Shown: positions 10,783 through 20,254 of the stretch, one piece after another | Layout: every line of letters starts with the position of its first letter | How positions within the stretch are numbered: the first letter of the stretch is position 1 | NCBI GenBank assembly: GCA_946185485.1 | Contig: CAMHJQ010000003.1 | Coordinates: 25,883 to 89,882, forward strand | DNA: 64,000 nt | Source: an uncultured Prevotellaceae bacterium | GTDB lineage: Bacteria; Bacteroidota; Bacteroidia; Bacteroidales; Bacteroidaceae | Direction of reading: 5' to 3' | The notes under the pieces: generated by a model | What the model was told of the DNA's origin: nothing | What the model saw: only the letters and a program-made list of their open reading frames with translations | Database searches by the model: none | Made by a program: the position numbers and the translations under genes

Positions 10783-11910
10783 ATGATTATCGGTATTGAG
10801 GCACAGCGGATATTCCGCAAAAACAAGCACGGCATGGACTATGTGGTGCTACAGGAAATCAGGGAACTCCAGCGGATAGACTTGGAGAACCAGTACTATG
10901 TCTTTGTGAAGCCTGGTGATGATCCCTGTCTGGAGAGTACGGCTAACGTGCACGTCGTAGAACTCAAGTGTCCCTCGTATCCGCTTTGGGAGCAGTGGGC
11001 ACTGCCGAGAGCTGCCCGCCGCTACGGTGTGCAGTTGCTGCACTGTACCAGCAATACCGCTCCCATCTGGTGCGACATTCCGTTGGTGCTGACGCTGCAC
11101 GACATCATCTTCCTCGAGCCACGCGACAAGCAGAACCATTCGCTCTATCAGAACCTCGGATGGCTCTACCGCCGGCTGGTCGTCCCACGTATCCTCGATA
11201 AGTGCCGTCGCATCATCACCGTCTCCAACTTCGAGATGGAGAATATCATCCGCAAACTGGACATCCCCCGTGAGCGCATGGCGATGATTTACAACGGCTA
11301 CAACAGCTGGTTCCGGCCCGTGGACGACAAGGACGGCATCTTCCGCAAGTATATCGCCGAGCCTGGTTACTTCTTCTTCCTAGGCAATACCGATCCTAAG
11401 AAGAATACAGAGCGTACATTGGTGGCATACTCCAAGTACCTCCGTCAGTCAGCAGTCAAGCGTAAGCTGCTCATGGCTGACCTTGAACCGGCATACCTGA
11501 ACGGCATCATCGAGCGCAATCACATTGAGAATATCCGCGAAAGCATCGTTATGCCCGGATACATCGTCAACAGCGACCTGCCCTATATCTACAACAACGC
11601 CTTTGCCTTCCTCTACACGTCATTACGCGAGAGTTTCGGCATTCCCCTGCTCGAAGGCATGGCTTGCGGTACGCCCGTCATCACCAGCAATACCTCGTCA
11701 ATGCCCGAGATAGGCGGTCCCGACGCCATCCTCGTTAACCCCGAGTCGAGCGACGAGATGACTGCTATGATGCTGCGCCTGGAGACCGATGCCGCCTTCT
11801 ACGACCGCCAGCGTCAGGTCGGATTGGAGCGTGCTAAACTGTTCTCCTGGCGGAAAACAGCCGAGCAACTGCTCAAGCTCTATCAGGACTGCCTATTTAC
11901 ACTATTATAG
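10783..11910 (+). CDS. Glycosyltransferase family 4
   Basis: TLHDII, KKN and ESFGIPLLEGMACGTPV (EX7E) motifs. Confidence 0.92.
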   Translation: MIIGIEAQRIFRKNKHGMDYVVLQEIRELQRIDLENQYYVFVKPGDDPCLESTANVHVVELKCPSYPLWEQWALPRAARRYGVQLLHCTSNTAPIWCDIPLVLTLHDIIFLEPRDKQNHSLYQNLGWLYRRLVVPRILDKCRRIITVSNFEMENIIRKLDIPRERMAMIYNGYNSWFRPVDDKDGIFRKYIAEPGYFFFLGNTDPKKNTERTLVAYSKYLRQSAVKRKLLMADLEPAYLNGIIERNHIENIRESIVMPGYIVNSDLPYIYNNAFAFLYTSLRESFGIPLLEGMACGTPVITSNTSSMPEIGGPDAILVNPESSDEMTAMMLRLETDAAFYDRQRQVGLERAKLFSWRKTAEQLLKLYQDCLFTLL

Positions 11911-11973
11911 GTCAAGTTCTATCAAAACTGCCTATTGCAGGTCTTGTGATAACGGTGTTTTTCTAAGTTCACC

Positions 11974-13140
11974 TCAAAGTATCTTCTGCCATAGCTTGGC
12001 TATTTGAGGCAAGTCGAATCGGCGAGCTATAGTGAAAGCCTCAGACGATTTCTTTTTCCAGTCAATCTTGGTTGCATCATGTAGTCTTTCAGCCAGTTCT
12101 TCAATATTTCCATTGTGGAAGTAGAGACCAAAGCCCCCCATGATTTCCTTGCTTGTAGGCAAGTCGCTGGATACGACGGGCAGACCGTGGGCCATCGCTT
12201 CTACGAGCACCAAACCGAAACCTTCCCACCGTGAGGAGAGCACATAGATTTGTGCTTGCGAGTAATATGCTTGGATGTTGTTGGTGAAAGGGTGTATCTG
12301 TATGCGCTCCTCTAACTGATATTGGGCTATCTTTTGACGGTAGCTCTCCTCTTCTTCTCCTTCGCCAACTATATCGAGCGTCCATTCCGAGTTCTTTTGT
12401 GCAAACAGATGGAAAGCGTCTATCAGCAGGTCGAAACCTTTATGCAGTGGGGAGAAACGACCTACGGCAAGGAAATGCTTGGAGTTCCCGGTTGAAGCCT
12501 TGCCAGGCAACAAGGTCAATGGATTGTAAATAACGGTTGGAACAAACGACTTGTCATAAGCAAGGTAGCTGTCGGCATCGTGCTGACACAGCAAAACCGT
12601 AGCATGTAGTTTGTGGAACTGATAGACATAGTGTCGTTTCAGTTCGGGTCCGATGTAGCGCGATGACGGACTAAAGAGAGCCTCGAAGGAGTTGTGAACC
12701 CATCCAATGCAGCGTACTCTAGGCAACAACGGCATCAGGGTGGCCAAACGTGCTGCGAGGGGGGCATGAACACCCACGATGGTGTCGTAGTTTCCTTGAC
12801 GTAGTTCATGAGCCAGTGCCATGCGCAATTCGGAGGGAAACGAGCTGTGGGCGTAGAGATTGGAGGCAAAGCGTCCCTGTAGATGCGCCTTGCGGTACAA
12901 TCCGCTATACACCTTGCATAATTGTTTTTTCTTTTTCCCAACGGCAGGATAGCTGAAAAAACGATATTTGACAGGCGCTTCCGCCAGCCCGTACAGTGTG
13001 GTGTCCTTCGAGTCTGGACGGTCGAAGGTGACAATGGTCACGTCGTAGTCCTTCGCCAGTTCCTTGGCCAGAACAGCCGTCACCCGCTGCACACCGCCGA
13101 ACGTGAATATGGAATCTACGAGGAAACAAACCTTTTTCAT
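11974..13140 (-). CDS. Glycosyltransferase family 4
   Basis: GGVQRV, VGRF...KG and SSRWEGFGLVLVEAMAHGLPVV motifs. Confidence 0.92.
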   Translation of the reverse strand: MKKVCFLVDSIFTFGGVQRVTAVLAKELAKDYDVTIVTFDRPDSKDTTLYGLAEAPVKYRFFSYPAVGKKKKQLCKVYSGLYRKAHLQGRFASNLYAHSSFPSELRMALAHELRQGNYDTIVGVHAPLAARLATLMPLLPRVRCIGWVHNSFEALFSPSSRYIGPELKRHYVYQFHKLHATVLLCQHDADSYLAYDKSFVPTVIYNPLTLLPGKASTGNSKHFLAVGRFSPLHKGFDLLIDAFHLFAQKNSEWTLDIVGEGEEEESYRQKIAQYQLEERIQIHPFTNNIQAYYSQAQIYVLSSRWEGFGLVLVEAMAHGLPVVSSDLPTSKEIMGGFGLYFHNGNIEELAERLHDATKIDWKKKSSEAFTIARRFDLPQIAKLWQKIL

Positions 13141-14228
13141 GGCTCTAACGCTTTAAAGAAGTTTCGGGCGTATGTGTCTTTGTCAAACAACTTGGAGCGC
13201 TCGAGTGACGCCTCACTCATCTGCTGCCGCTTTTCAGGATGCTCATAGAGGTCGAGTATAGCCTTCACAAGATTGTCAACGATGTTGTCACGTTCTACGA
13301 GAATAGCTACACCCTCACAGATTTCAGGGATGCCACCACTGCGAGTAGTAATCAGCGGCAATCCAGCAGCCATAGCCTCTACGCAGGTCAATCCGAAGGG
13401 CTCATCCCACATGGAGGGTAATACGGCAGCGTCAGCCTGTTGTAGATAATCGTGGAGAGTCTCGTGAGTGATGTAGCCTGTGAACTGGATACGATTCTTG
13501 ATGGGTTCTGATTTCTCGCGTAACCGTTGTGAAAAAGCGTCGGGTGTACTGTTTGCATAGAATGAGCCCCCTGCTACAATCAAATGTATGTCGCTATACT
13601 GCAGTTGCAACATAGCGTCGATGAGTTGCTCTATGCCTTTTTCTGGAATAATGCGCCCCATGAATATGAGTGTGAACGGCTGACCTGCCTTAGGAGTTTG
13701 TCTTCTGCCTGTGGTAAACTTATGAAGGTCAATGCCATTAAGTACGGTGATGGTCTTCGTGTCTTTAGGGTTGATGGTCTGTATGCGGTGATGAATGAAG
13801 TCAGATACAGTGATGATGCTGCTGGCAGCATCGTAGATTTCCTGAGCATTTTCCGTTTCGCTATTCAGCAGGTCGTTGTGCAGATGATATACCAAAGGGG
13901 TGTCAGTCACCTCCTTGAGACGCAAGGCATAGCCAGGTCGGTTCTCAAGGATGATGATGTCGTAGTGTCGGCGGCGAATGTCCTTCAATGTCTCGTGTAG
14001 GAAATATTCAATCGTCGGATGGTAATAGCCTCCTCGGTGTGTCAGCGAGTACCATTTGCGCTTTATCTTCATCCAAAGCGGTATCTGGGGTGGTATGCTA
14101 TACACCGTAATGTCGTGCAGTTGGTGACGGTTGTTGTAATCCAGATAGAAGTCAACAAGTGTTTCTACCGCTCCCCCTTGTACGGCAGGAACGGGCAGGA
14201 TGCCAGATGTCAGGATAGCTATCTTCAT
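13137..14228 (-). CDS. Glycosyltransferase family 4
   Basis: PVPAVQGGAVE, GRIIPEKG and EPFGLTCVEAMAAGLP motifs. Confidence 0.92.
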   Translation of the reverse strand: MKIAILTSGILPVPAVQGGAVETLVDFYLDYNNRHQLHDITVYSIPPQIPLWMKIKRKWYSLTHRGGYYHPTIEYFLHETLKDIRRRHYDIIILENRPGYALRLKEVTDTPLVYHLHNDLLNSETENAQEIYDAASSIITVSDFIHHRIQTINPKDTKTITVLNGIDLHKFTTGRRQTPKAGQPFTLIFMGRIIPEKGIEQLIDAMLQLQYSDIHLIVAGGSFYANSTPDAFSQRLREKSEPIKNRIQFTGYITHETLHDYLQQADAAVLPSMWDEPFGLTCVEAMAAGLPLITTRSGGIPEICEGVAILVERDNIVDNLVKAILDLYEHPEKRQQMSEASLERSKLFDKDTYARNFFKALEP

Positions 14229-14233
14229 GGGAC

Positions 14234-15070
14234 TTACCAATCAAAGATTTCCTTGCCGTTTTCAAAGTGAAAGAAGTCAACAATCTTCGAGAAACTATCT
14301 TCTGTGAACTGCTGGTCTTTCGTCTCCAAGAAACAGAGAGGTGCCTCACCGATGAACGATGCCCAGCGCGAATAGCTGCTGCAGGGACCGATGATGCGGT
14401 CGCAGAGGGAGAGCGTGTAGAGGTCGAGGATGGCACCCGACGGCTCCTTTCCGAAGCGTTGACAGTGGCAGCCCTCAAAGATGCTCAGGGGGAAGTCCTC
14501 GTTAGAGCTGATGAAGAAGCTTACGCGGCGGTCGGCGTACAGCTGTTGGATGCGCAGCATGAACTGGCGGTAATCCTCCAACTCGTAGAAGAAGCGACCG
14601 TCGTTCCAGGTGGCGTAGTCTCCTCGGCGGATGTGTACGCCTACCACCATGTCAGACTCCTGTCGCAATCCGGCAATCATCGCCTCAGCCTTTTGCATAA
14701 TCTCGTCCTTTGGGCGGAAGATACGCTTCAGCTCAGGCAGTGTCTGCTTCAGGTAGCGTGTGTCGGTACGGGTCTGCCAACCTTTGGTGAAACCGAGAAA
14801 TTTGAAGACTTTGTCCCATGTCTTGTTATGCGTCACTTTCCACGTCAGACCCTTGTAATTATTCCAGCCGTTGCCGCGCTCCAAGTACCACTTGTGCCAG
14901 AGTGGATAGTGGATGAACTTGCAATGAAGTAGGTTGGGGAAGTCCTCTATCGTCCAGTCATAGAAGATAATCACCATTCGCTTGCGCTCAGCGATACACT
15001 GAGCAACACTGGCAACGTATGTCCAAAGACGGTTGCATGTCTGTCCTGGGGCGTCACAGATTACTCTCAT
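14234..15070 (-). CDS. GT11 alpha-1,2-fucosyltransferase-like protein
   Basis: GQTCNRL N-terminus, GVHIRRGDY and SSYSRWA motifs. A -7 box TATCTTTG lies at 15245-15252. Confidence 0.82.
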   Translation of the reverse strand: MRVICDAPGQTCNRLWTYVASVAQCIAERKRMVIIFYDWTIEDFPNLLHCKFIHYPLWHKWYLERGNGWNNYKGLTWKVTHNKTWDKVFKFLGFTKGWQTRTDTRYLKQTLPELKRIFRPKDEIMQKAEAMIAGLRQESDMVVGVHIRRGDYATWNDGRFFYELEDYRQFMLRIQQLYADRRVSFFISSNEDFPLSIFEGCHCQRFGKEPSGAILDLYTLSLCDRIIGPCSSYSRWASFIGEAPLCFLETKDQQFTEDSFSKIVDFFHFENGKEIFDW

Positions 15071-15510
15071 GCAATATAGTTTAAGAAATAAACTCTTTAA
15101 AACTCCGCTCTGTGAAAAGTGTTCCGTTGATGACACGAATCAGTTCTGATTTGTCAACATATCCGCTGTTGCGGGCTCTCTGAAACCTAGCATTGCCTAT
15201 ACTAATATATGTTCCCATATAACCTAATGATGATGAATGCATTGCAAAGATAAGGAAAAACTATCAATCATCCTAATCTGGCTCATCCTATTTAGGATAA
15301 TTTAATTGTTGACGATATATTGAATAACACTGGTAAAGATGCCAATCCGTCAGAGCTGAAGATGGATGATAGTAGGAGCGATATACGCAGGTGAGTTCCG
15401 TACTTGGGAGGATAGATAGAAAAAGTCTTGTTTATTTGCATAATCGAAGATTTCTTTGTAGTTTTGCAGAATCTTTATTGAATGTATTTTTTTTCTTCGG
15501 GAAGTAAGGC

Positions 15511-16380
15511 ATGTTCAGGCTAAGATGGTGGGTATTTATGTTGGCAGGTGTTGTAGCAGCCTTGGTGGCATGCTACATTTACGCTTATCTTGATATCTCA
15601 CCTGCCAAAGAATTGCCACCTTATCAGGTAAGAGAACGTCATGATGACACGTTGCGTATAGTCATGATAGGTGACAGCTGGGCCATGTTTCACTATAGAC
15701 TGAACCGGGATTCTGTCTTACAGTCCATGTTGCAAAAGAAGGTGGATGTCCCCATCAGGGTTCGTTCCAGAGGCGTTGGTGGAGCGAACAGCAAGGAAAT
15801 CTATCATTATATGTTTGCCTCCGAAACCATCGAGAGTGAAAAAGAACTAGACAAGTGTACCCAGCCCTTATTGGAAGAAGCACCGGACTATTGCCTGATT
15901 TCTGCAGGCATTAACGATGCAGGTCAGGGTAAGGGACCCGATTTCTTCTGTAAGAATTACATAAAGATTTTGAGACTGCTTTTGCATAACCATATAAAGC
16001 CTGTTGTCTTGGAGCTACCTACAGTAATCATGGACAACAAAGTGAATATGGTATTTGAGGACTTTTTCAATGAGAACCGTTCTTTTGCATGGTATAGATT
16101 GAAGAAACGTATGGGATTTAAGTTGACTGCAATAATCAACGGTGCGGATATGAATCATGTTGACGAGTGCAGGGACAGACTGAGGCAGATACTGGACGAA
16201 ACAGGTTTGATGGACAGCGTTATATTCATTCCCAAGACGGATTGGAACAAAGACGGATACAGAGACTCCAGGGGGATATACTTAGATGATGGTACACACC
16301 TGAACCTTGCAGGCTATGATGTGCTGGATTCGTGTTATGCAGAAGTTATCAGCAGGGATTATCTCAAGTCTGTCAAGTAG
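15511..16380 (+). CDS. Membrane-anchored SGNH/GDSL hydrolase or O-acetyltransferase domain
   Basis: N-terminal TM; GDSW, GGA, GIND and DGTH blocks intact. Own promoter boxes: TTTG at 15435 and TAGTTTTG at 15459-15466. Confidence 0.85.
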   Translation: MFRLRWWVFMLAGVVAALVACYIYAYLDISPAKELPPYQVRERHDDTLRIVMIGDSWAMFHYRLNRDSVLQSMLQKKVDVPIRVRSRGVGGANSKEIYHYMFASETIESEKELDKCTQPLLEEAPDYCLISAGINDAGQGKGPDFFCKNYIKILRLLLHNHIKPVVLELPTVIMDNKVNMVFEDFFNENRSFAWYRLKKRMGFKLTAIINGADMNHVDECRDRLRQILDETGLMDSVIFIPKTDWNKDGYRDSRGIYLDDGTHLNLAGYDVLDSCYAEVISRDYLKSVK

Positions 16381-17458
16381 ACTTCCTCGTATAGAAAAAA
16401 TTAAGGTATATGCCATAGGTGCCTTTCTTCTTAAGTGCTTCCACTTGATGGTCGAAATAACGAGACGGTGTCCTAAGGAGATGTTGCATCACTAACCTTC
16501 TAAACAATTCGACTAAGACGGATATAAGTATAACCTCCGCTAAAACAGTCATAAACCCTAAGAAATAGTCAATGCCACTGAGGTTGGAATACTGATGCTC
16601 CAGTTTGGAAATGAGAAATATATTCATTAGATAGAAAGGAAATGCGTAGGAGGCAGCATATCGAATAACATTACCTGCTTTTTCAGAAGAGATGTTCGTC
16701 TTTCCGAAATAGTAGAATATACAAATGGAACCTAAGATGATGAAGAAATTATGGTCCTTCGCCATGAACAATGGGTCGAACAGAAAATAGTTGACAAGGA
16801 AGATGATGGCAACACAACCAATAAAACACAGACCGACATGCTTGCGGATGGTGAGGGGAATTCCTTCCTTTGCAAAATATCTCCCCAGGAAATAAGCTAG
16901 TATCATGTTCTCGGTACACTTCCCGTTGGGTACATTTGACAAGCTGTGCATGAGGAAGGTTGGCGATATAGAGTAAACAAGAATCAGCACGGCGAGAAGA
17001 TACTGGAACTGGAGTTTTGTCATACTGTCTACTGCCTTGTTAAAAAGGGGGGAAAGTAGCATAAGTATAAAATAGGAAGTGCAGAACCACCACGTATTTG
17101 AAGTAACGGGTGTAAGTACGGTGTACAGGTGCTTAAGGAAGGCTTTTATGTTACCGTCCGCAAGCGTCGGAACCTCAGAGAGATAGTAATCGACGCTGAA
17201 AATCAGAAGCGAATAGAACAGCATGGTAGTCCACAGCCATATCAATTTGGAGGCCCTCATTCGTATTCCAAAGTATCCAGAAATTAGCACAAAGAGTGTC
17301 ACTCCCATGTTGCCTATCGTATTAACACCCACAAAACCAATATTATGACCATAGGCACTTCGTAGACTATGCATAAGTGTAATTAATAGGATGGCAAAGA
17401 TACGCAACAGCTCGTAATTTGGTTTCCGTATATTTCTATTCTCGTCATTCTTTCTCAT
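16373..17458 (-). CDS. Acyltransferase family 3 (OafA-like, multi-pass membrane)
   Basis: ELLRIFAILLITLMH, GVTLFVLISGYF and WWFCTSY motifs. Confidence 0.88.
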   Translation of the reverse strand: MRKNDENRNIRKPNYELLRIFAILLITLMHSLRSAYGHNIGFVGVNTIGNMGVTLFVLISGYFGIRMRASKLIWLWTTMLFYSLLIFSVDYYLSEVPTLADGNIKAFLKHLYTVLTPVTSNTWWFCTSYFILMLLSPLFNKAVDSMTKLQFQYLLAVLILVYSISPTFLMHSLSNVPNGKCTENMILAYFLGRYFAKEGIPLTIRKHVGLCFIGCVAIIFLVNYFLFDPLFMAKDHNFFIILGSICIFYYFGKTNISSEKAGNVIRYAASYAFPFYLMNIFLISKLEHQYSNLSGIDYFLGFMTVLAEVILISVLVELFRRLVMQHLLRTPSRYFDHQVEALKKKGTYGIYLNFFYTRKST

Positions 17459-17471
17459 ATACTGATGGACT

Positions 17472-19025
17472 TTATCGGGAGTTACTTACTTTCAGAAGAT
17501 TGTATATTGCTGGCTTACGTGCCACGAAATATTTCATGCCGCGAGTGATGAAGAAGAGAGTAAGGAAGAATAGAAGCACTAATATAGGATAAGTCAGGAA
17601 GCCATAGCCAACCATGCGAAGTAAGGTCGTGGATTTTGGCTCTACGACGTAGTATCGTACCAGCATTGTGATGCACAGGAATACGGCAAAGATGAGGTAG
17701 TAGGGCATCATGCCGCGCCAGTAGACGGCAACGCTCTTCTTTAGTCCTTTTGTAAACAGGAAATAGGGTTTCCAGAACATGGCGATGAAGAATACGCTGA
17801 GTATTTTGCCAAGTAGAATGCCAACTATTCCATAGAAAGGAGCGAGACAGAGCGTTATGGCTAAGTTCAGAGCCAATTCTGTCCATGCCGCCCATACGTC
17901 AGAGAACAGTCCATGGGCTGATATGTAGTTCTCGACAACTCCTCGCGAAAGGAAGATGAAGATGTTAAAGACCAGCAAATATACTATGGTGTCGCTCAAC
18001 CGGTATTGAGGTCCGAACCAGCAGGTCACGAAAGGCTGAATGAATAATAACAGGCCGAAAATGACAATGCCGCAAATAAGGAAGCGGATGGCTGTCAGTT
18101 CCCAGAATACCTTCATGGTGTTTTGGTCATTACCCTCGGCTACAAGGTTTCCCACTCCAGCATTCATGCCATCGCTGAGGATGTTGACCAGAAAGTTCAG
18201 CTTTGAGGTAATGATGGTGTAGTTGCCGAAGTAGGCCACCTGGACGACGGAGACAAAGATACCAACGAGTATCTCGTCGCTGCGGTAGAGGATGAAGTTC
18301 TTGATTTTCTGCACAAATATCTGACGGGTCTTTCTAAGCACCTCGGGATATTGATGGAGGTTCTGGCGACCTTCCTGCATGCTGATGCGCAGCCAAGGGT
18401 ATAGCTTTCGGATACGGATGTTGAAGGCGATGATGCCGACAATGGTGAACACGAGTCCGACGACGACCCATAGCCACAGGTTGCGATAGTAGTAGGCCAG
18501 CAGTATCTGGACGATGCTCTGCACGATAGCGATGGTCTGGAACCAGGCATTGACGAGATACTGCTTCTGGTTGGCGCTGACCAGCAACTGTTTGTAGTTG
18601 AACACATAACCTGCGACACTCGATGCCAGGAAGGAGTAGAAGGCGAAGTAGGCAAGTGGCAGGCCTGTGGTCAACTCTCTGAACCACCAAGGGAAGAATA
18701 TGCTGATGAGGGCACCGCCCGATAGGATGATGAGTCCTATGCAGCGGTAGAGATAAGCCAGCATGGACATCACTTCGTTGATTTTCTGGTGGTTGTCCTC
18801 TTGTAGGGGCTTGTAGAGAAAATAGGTGATGCTGGTACCGATACCCAGTTCAGCCACGCTGAGAAACGACATGATATTCATCAGCATACCCGTCAGTCCG
18901 ATGAATTCGGCACCGAGACAATTGAGGAAAATCTTTCGGGAGAAGAATGCCAAGAACAAGGAAAGGACATAGAATACCATGCCGACCTTGATGTTCATGA
19001 CACTTCTGTGTACCCGTTCGCTCAT
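17472..19025 (-). CDS. Wzx-type polysaccharide flippase
   Basis: Many TM helices; SRKIF...LGAEFIGL and ELGIG...LYKPL pattern; located in a polysaccharide locus. Confidence 0.85.
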   Translation of the reverse strand: MSERVHRSVMNIKVGMVFYVLSLFLAFFSRKIFLNCLGAEFIGLTGMLMNIMSFLSVAELGIGTSITYFLYKPLQEDNHQKINEVMSMLAYLYRCIGLIILSGGALISIFFPWWFRELTTGLPLAYFAFYSFLASSVAGYVFNYKQLLVSANQKQYLVNAWFQTIAIVQSIVQILLAYYYRNLWLWVVVGLVFTIVGIIAFNIRIRKLYPWLRISMQEGRQNLHQYPEVLRKTRQIFVQKIKNFILYRSDEILVGIFVSVVQVAYFGNYTIITSKLNFLVNILSDGMNAGVGNLVAEGNDQNTMKVFWELTAIRFLICGIVIFGLLLFIQPFVTCWFGPQYRLSDTIVYLLVFNIFIFLSRGVVENYISAHGLFSDVWAAWTELALNLAITLCLAPFYGIVGILLGKILSVFFIAMFWKPYFLFTKGLKKSVAVYWRGMMPYYLIFAVFLCITMLVRYYVVEPKSTTLLRMVGYGFLTYPILVLLFFLTLFFITRGMKYFVARKPAIYNLLKVSNSR

Positions 19026-19042
19026 TATTATCTTATTATGCT

Positions 19043-20239
19043 CTATTTGTTGTGGGTTGTGTGGATAAAGTCCGTGTTCTTGCGGTCTATCTTAAGGATG
19101 TTGAGCACCATCTTCCAGACGAGGGTGGGCAGGGAGAGTATCTTTCCGAAGACGGAATGGCTGCGCAGCTGCTTGGGCGTGGCGATATAGAGGGCGACGC
19201 AGACAGCCAGGAACAGCACCCACCACTTGAGGCACCAGGTGCGCGAGAGGACGGTCATCAGCAGGGACATGGCGAAGGTGATGACTACCAGCATGGAGCG
19301 GGGGATGAGGGCTTGCTGGACGGTCTTGTCGATGAAGTCGATGTTGAAGGTGATGATGGCCTTGGGGATGTAGGGCAGCAGGTTGAACAGGCTCTGTATC
19401 TGTGCCGTCATCCAGCGCAGGCGCTGTTTCTGGAAGTTGTCCTTGTTGCTTACCTTCTCGTCGAAGACGTGGATGTCCGGCTCGTACTGGATATAGACTT
19501 TCTGTTTCAGAAGCAAGGCCTCCAGTTCGCGGTCCTCACCAGCGGTGGTGAGTTTGTAGACGTTCTCGCGAAACCAGTGGTAGTCGAAACACATGCCGGA
19601 ACCGATAAGTGCAGATGACAAGCCGACGCGGTTGTGGGCCTTACGGAAGATGGTGTTGTTAATCTCCTCGCTGACACCATCGAGCACGGCTATGTCATTG
19701 TCGTTGTTCTTGGCACAGCGGTGACACTGGATGGCTTTGTACCCCAAGGCACACTCCTCGTTGAGCTGCTCGAGGAAGTGGGGCTCTACCACGTTGTCGG
19801 CATCGAGGATGACCACATAGTCGTAGTCATCCTGAATATGTTCCATGGCATACTGCATAGCCTTGGCTTTTGAGCTCTTTTCAAAGACAGGCTGCAGCAG
19901 AGTGATGGGTAATTCGGCGAGTTGGCGGTTGGTCTCAGGCTGCATGTGGTCGGAGATGACCGCCAAGTGGAATGACTCAGGAGGGTAGTACTGGTCTAGG
20001 AACTTGCGGACGGAAGAGACGATGACGCGATCCTCGTTGTAGGCCGGATAGAGTATGAGATATGTGTAGAACGGCTTTTTGCGGTTGGCCTGCACCTGAC
20101 CAGTAAGGTAGATGGTAAGCGATGACACATGCTTCTTCCAAAGGGTGGACACCAGCGCAAAGAACAGGATGTAGGCAACGGAGGCAGCCACCAGAAGCCA
20201 CAGGAGGATGTCGATAATATGAATGATTTGCCAGAGCAT
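19043..20239 (-). CDS. Membrane GT2 with intact DxD, GED and QxxRW motifs
   Basis: PAYNED, ILDADN, GSGM, AGEDRE and QKQRLRW motifs; flanking TM helices. Confidence 0.9.
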   Translation of the reverse strand: MLWQIIHIIDILLWLLVAASVAYILFFALVSTLWKKHVSSLTIYLTGQVQANRKKPFYTYLILYPAYNEDRVIVSSVRKFLDQYYPPESFHLAVISDHMQPETNRQLAELPITLLQPVFEKSSKAKAMQYAMEHIQDDYDYVVILDADNVVEPHFLEQLNEECALGYKAIQCHRCAKNNDNDIAVLDGVSEEINNTIFRKAHNRVGLSSALIGSGMCFDYHWFRENVYKLTTAGEDRELEALLLKQKVYIQYEPDIHVFDEKVSNKDNFQKQRLRWMTAQIQSLFNLLPYIPKAIITFNIDFIDKTVQQALIPRSMLVVITFAMSLLMTVLSRTWCLKWWVLFLAVCVALYIATPKQLRSHSVFGKILSLPTLVWKMVLNILKIDRKNTDFIHTTHNK

Positions 20240-20254
20240 AGGCTAAGTGTGGGG

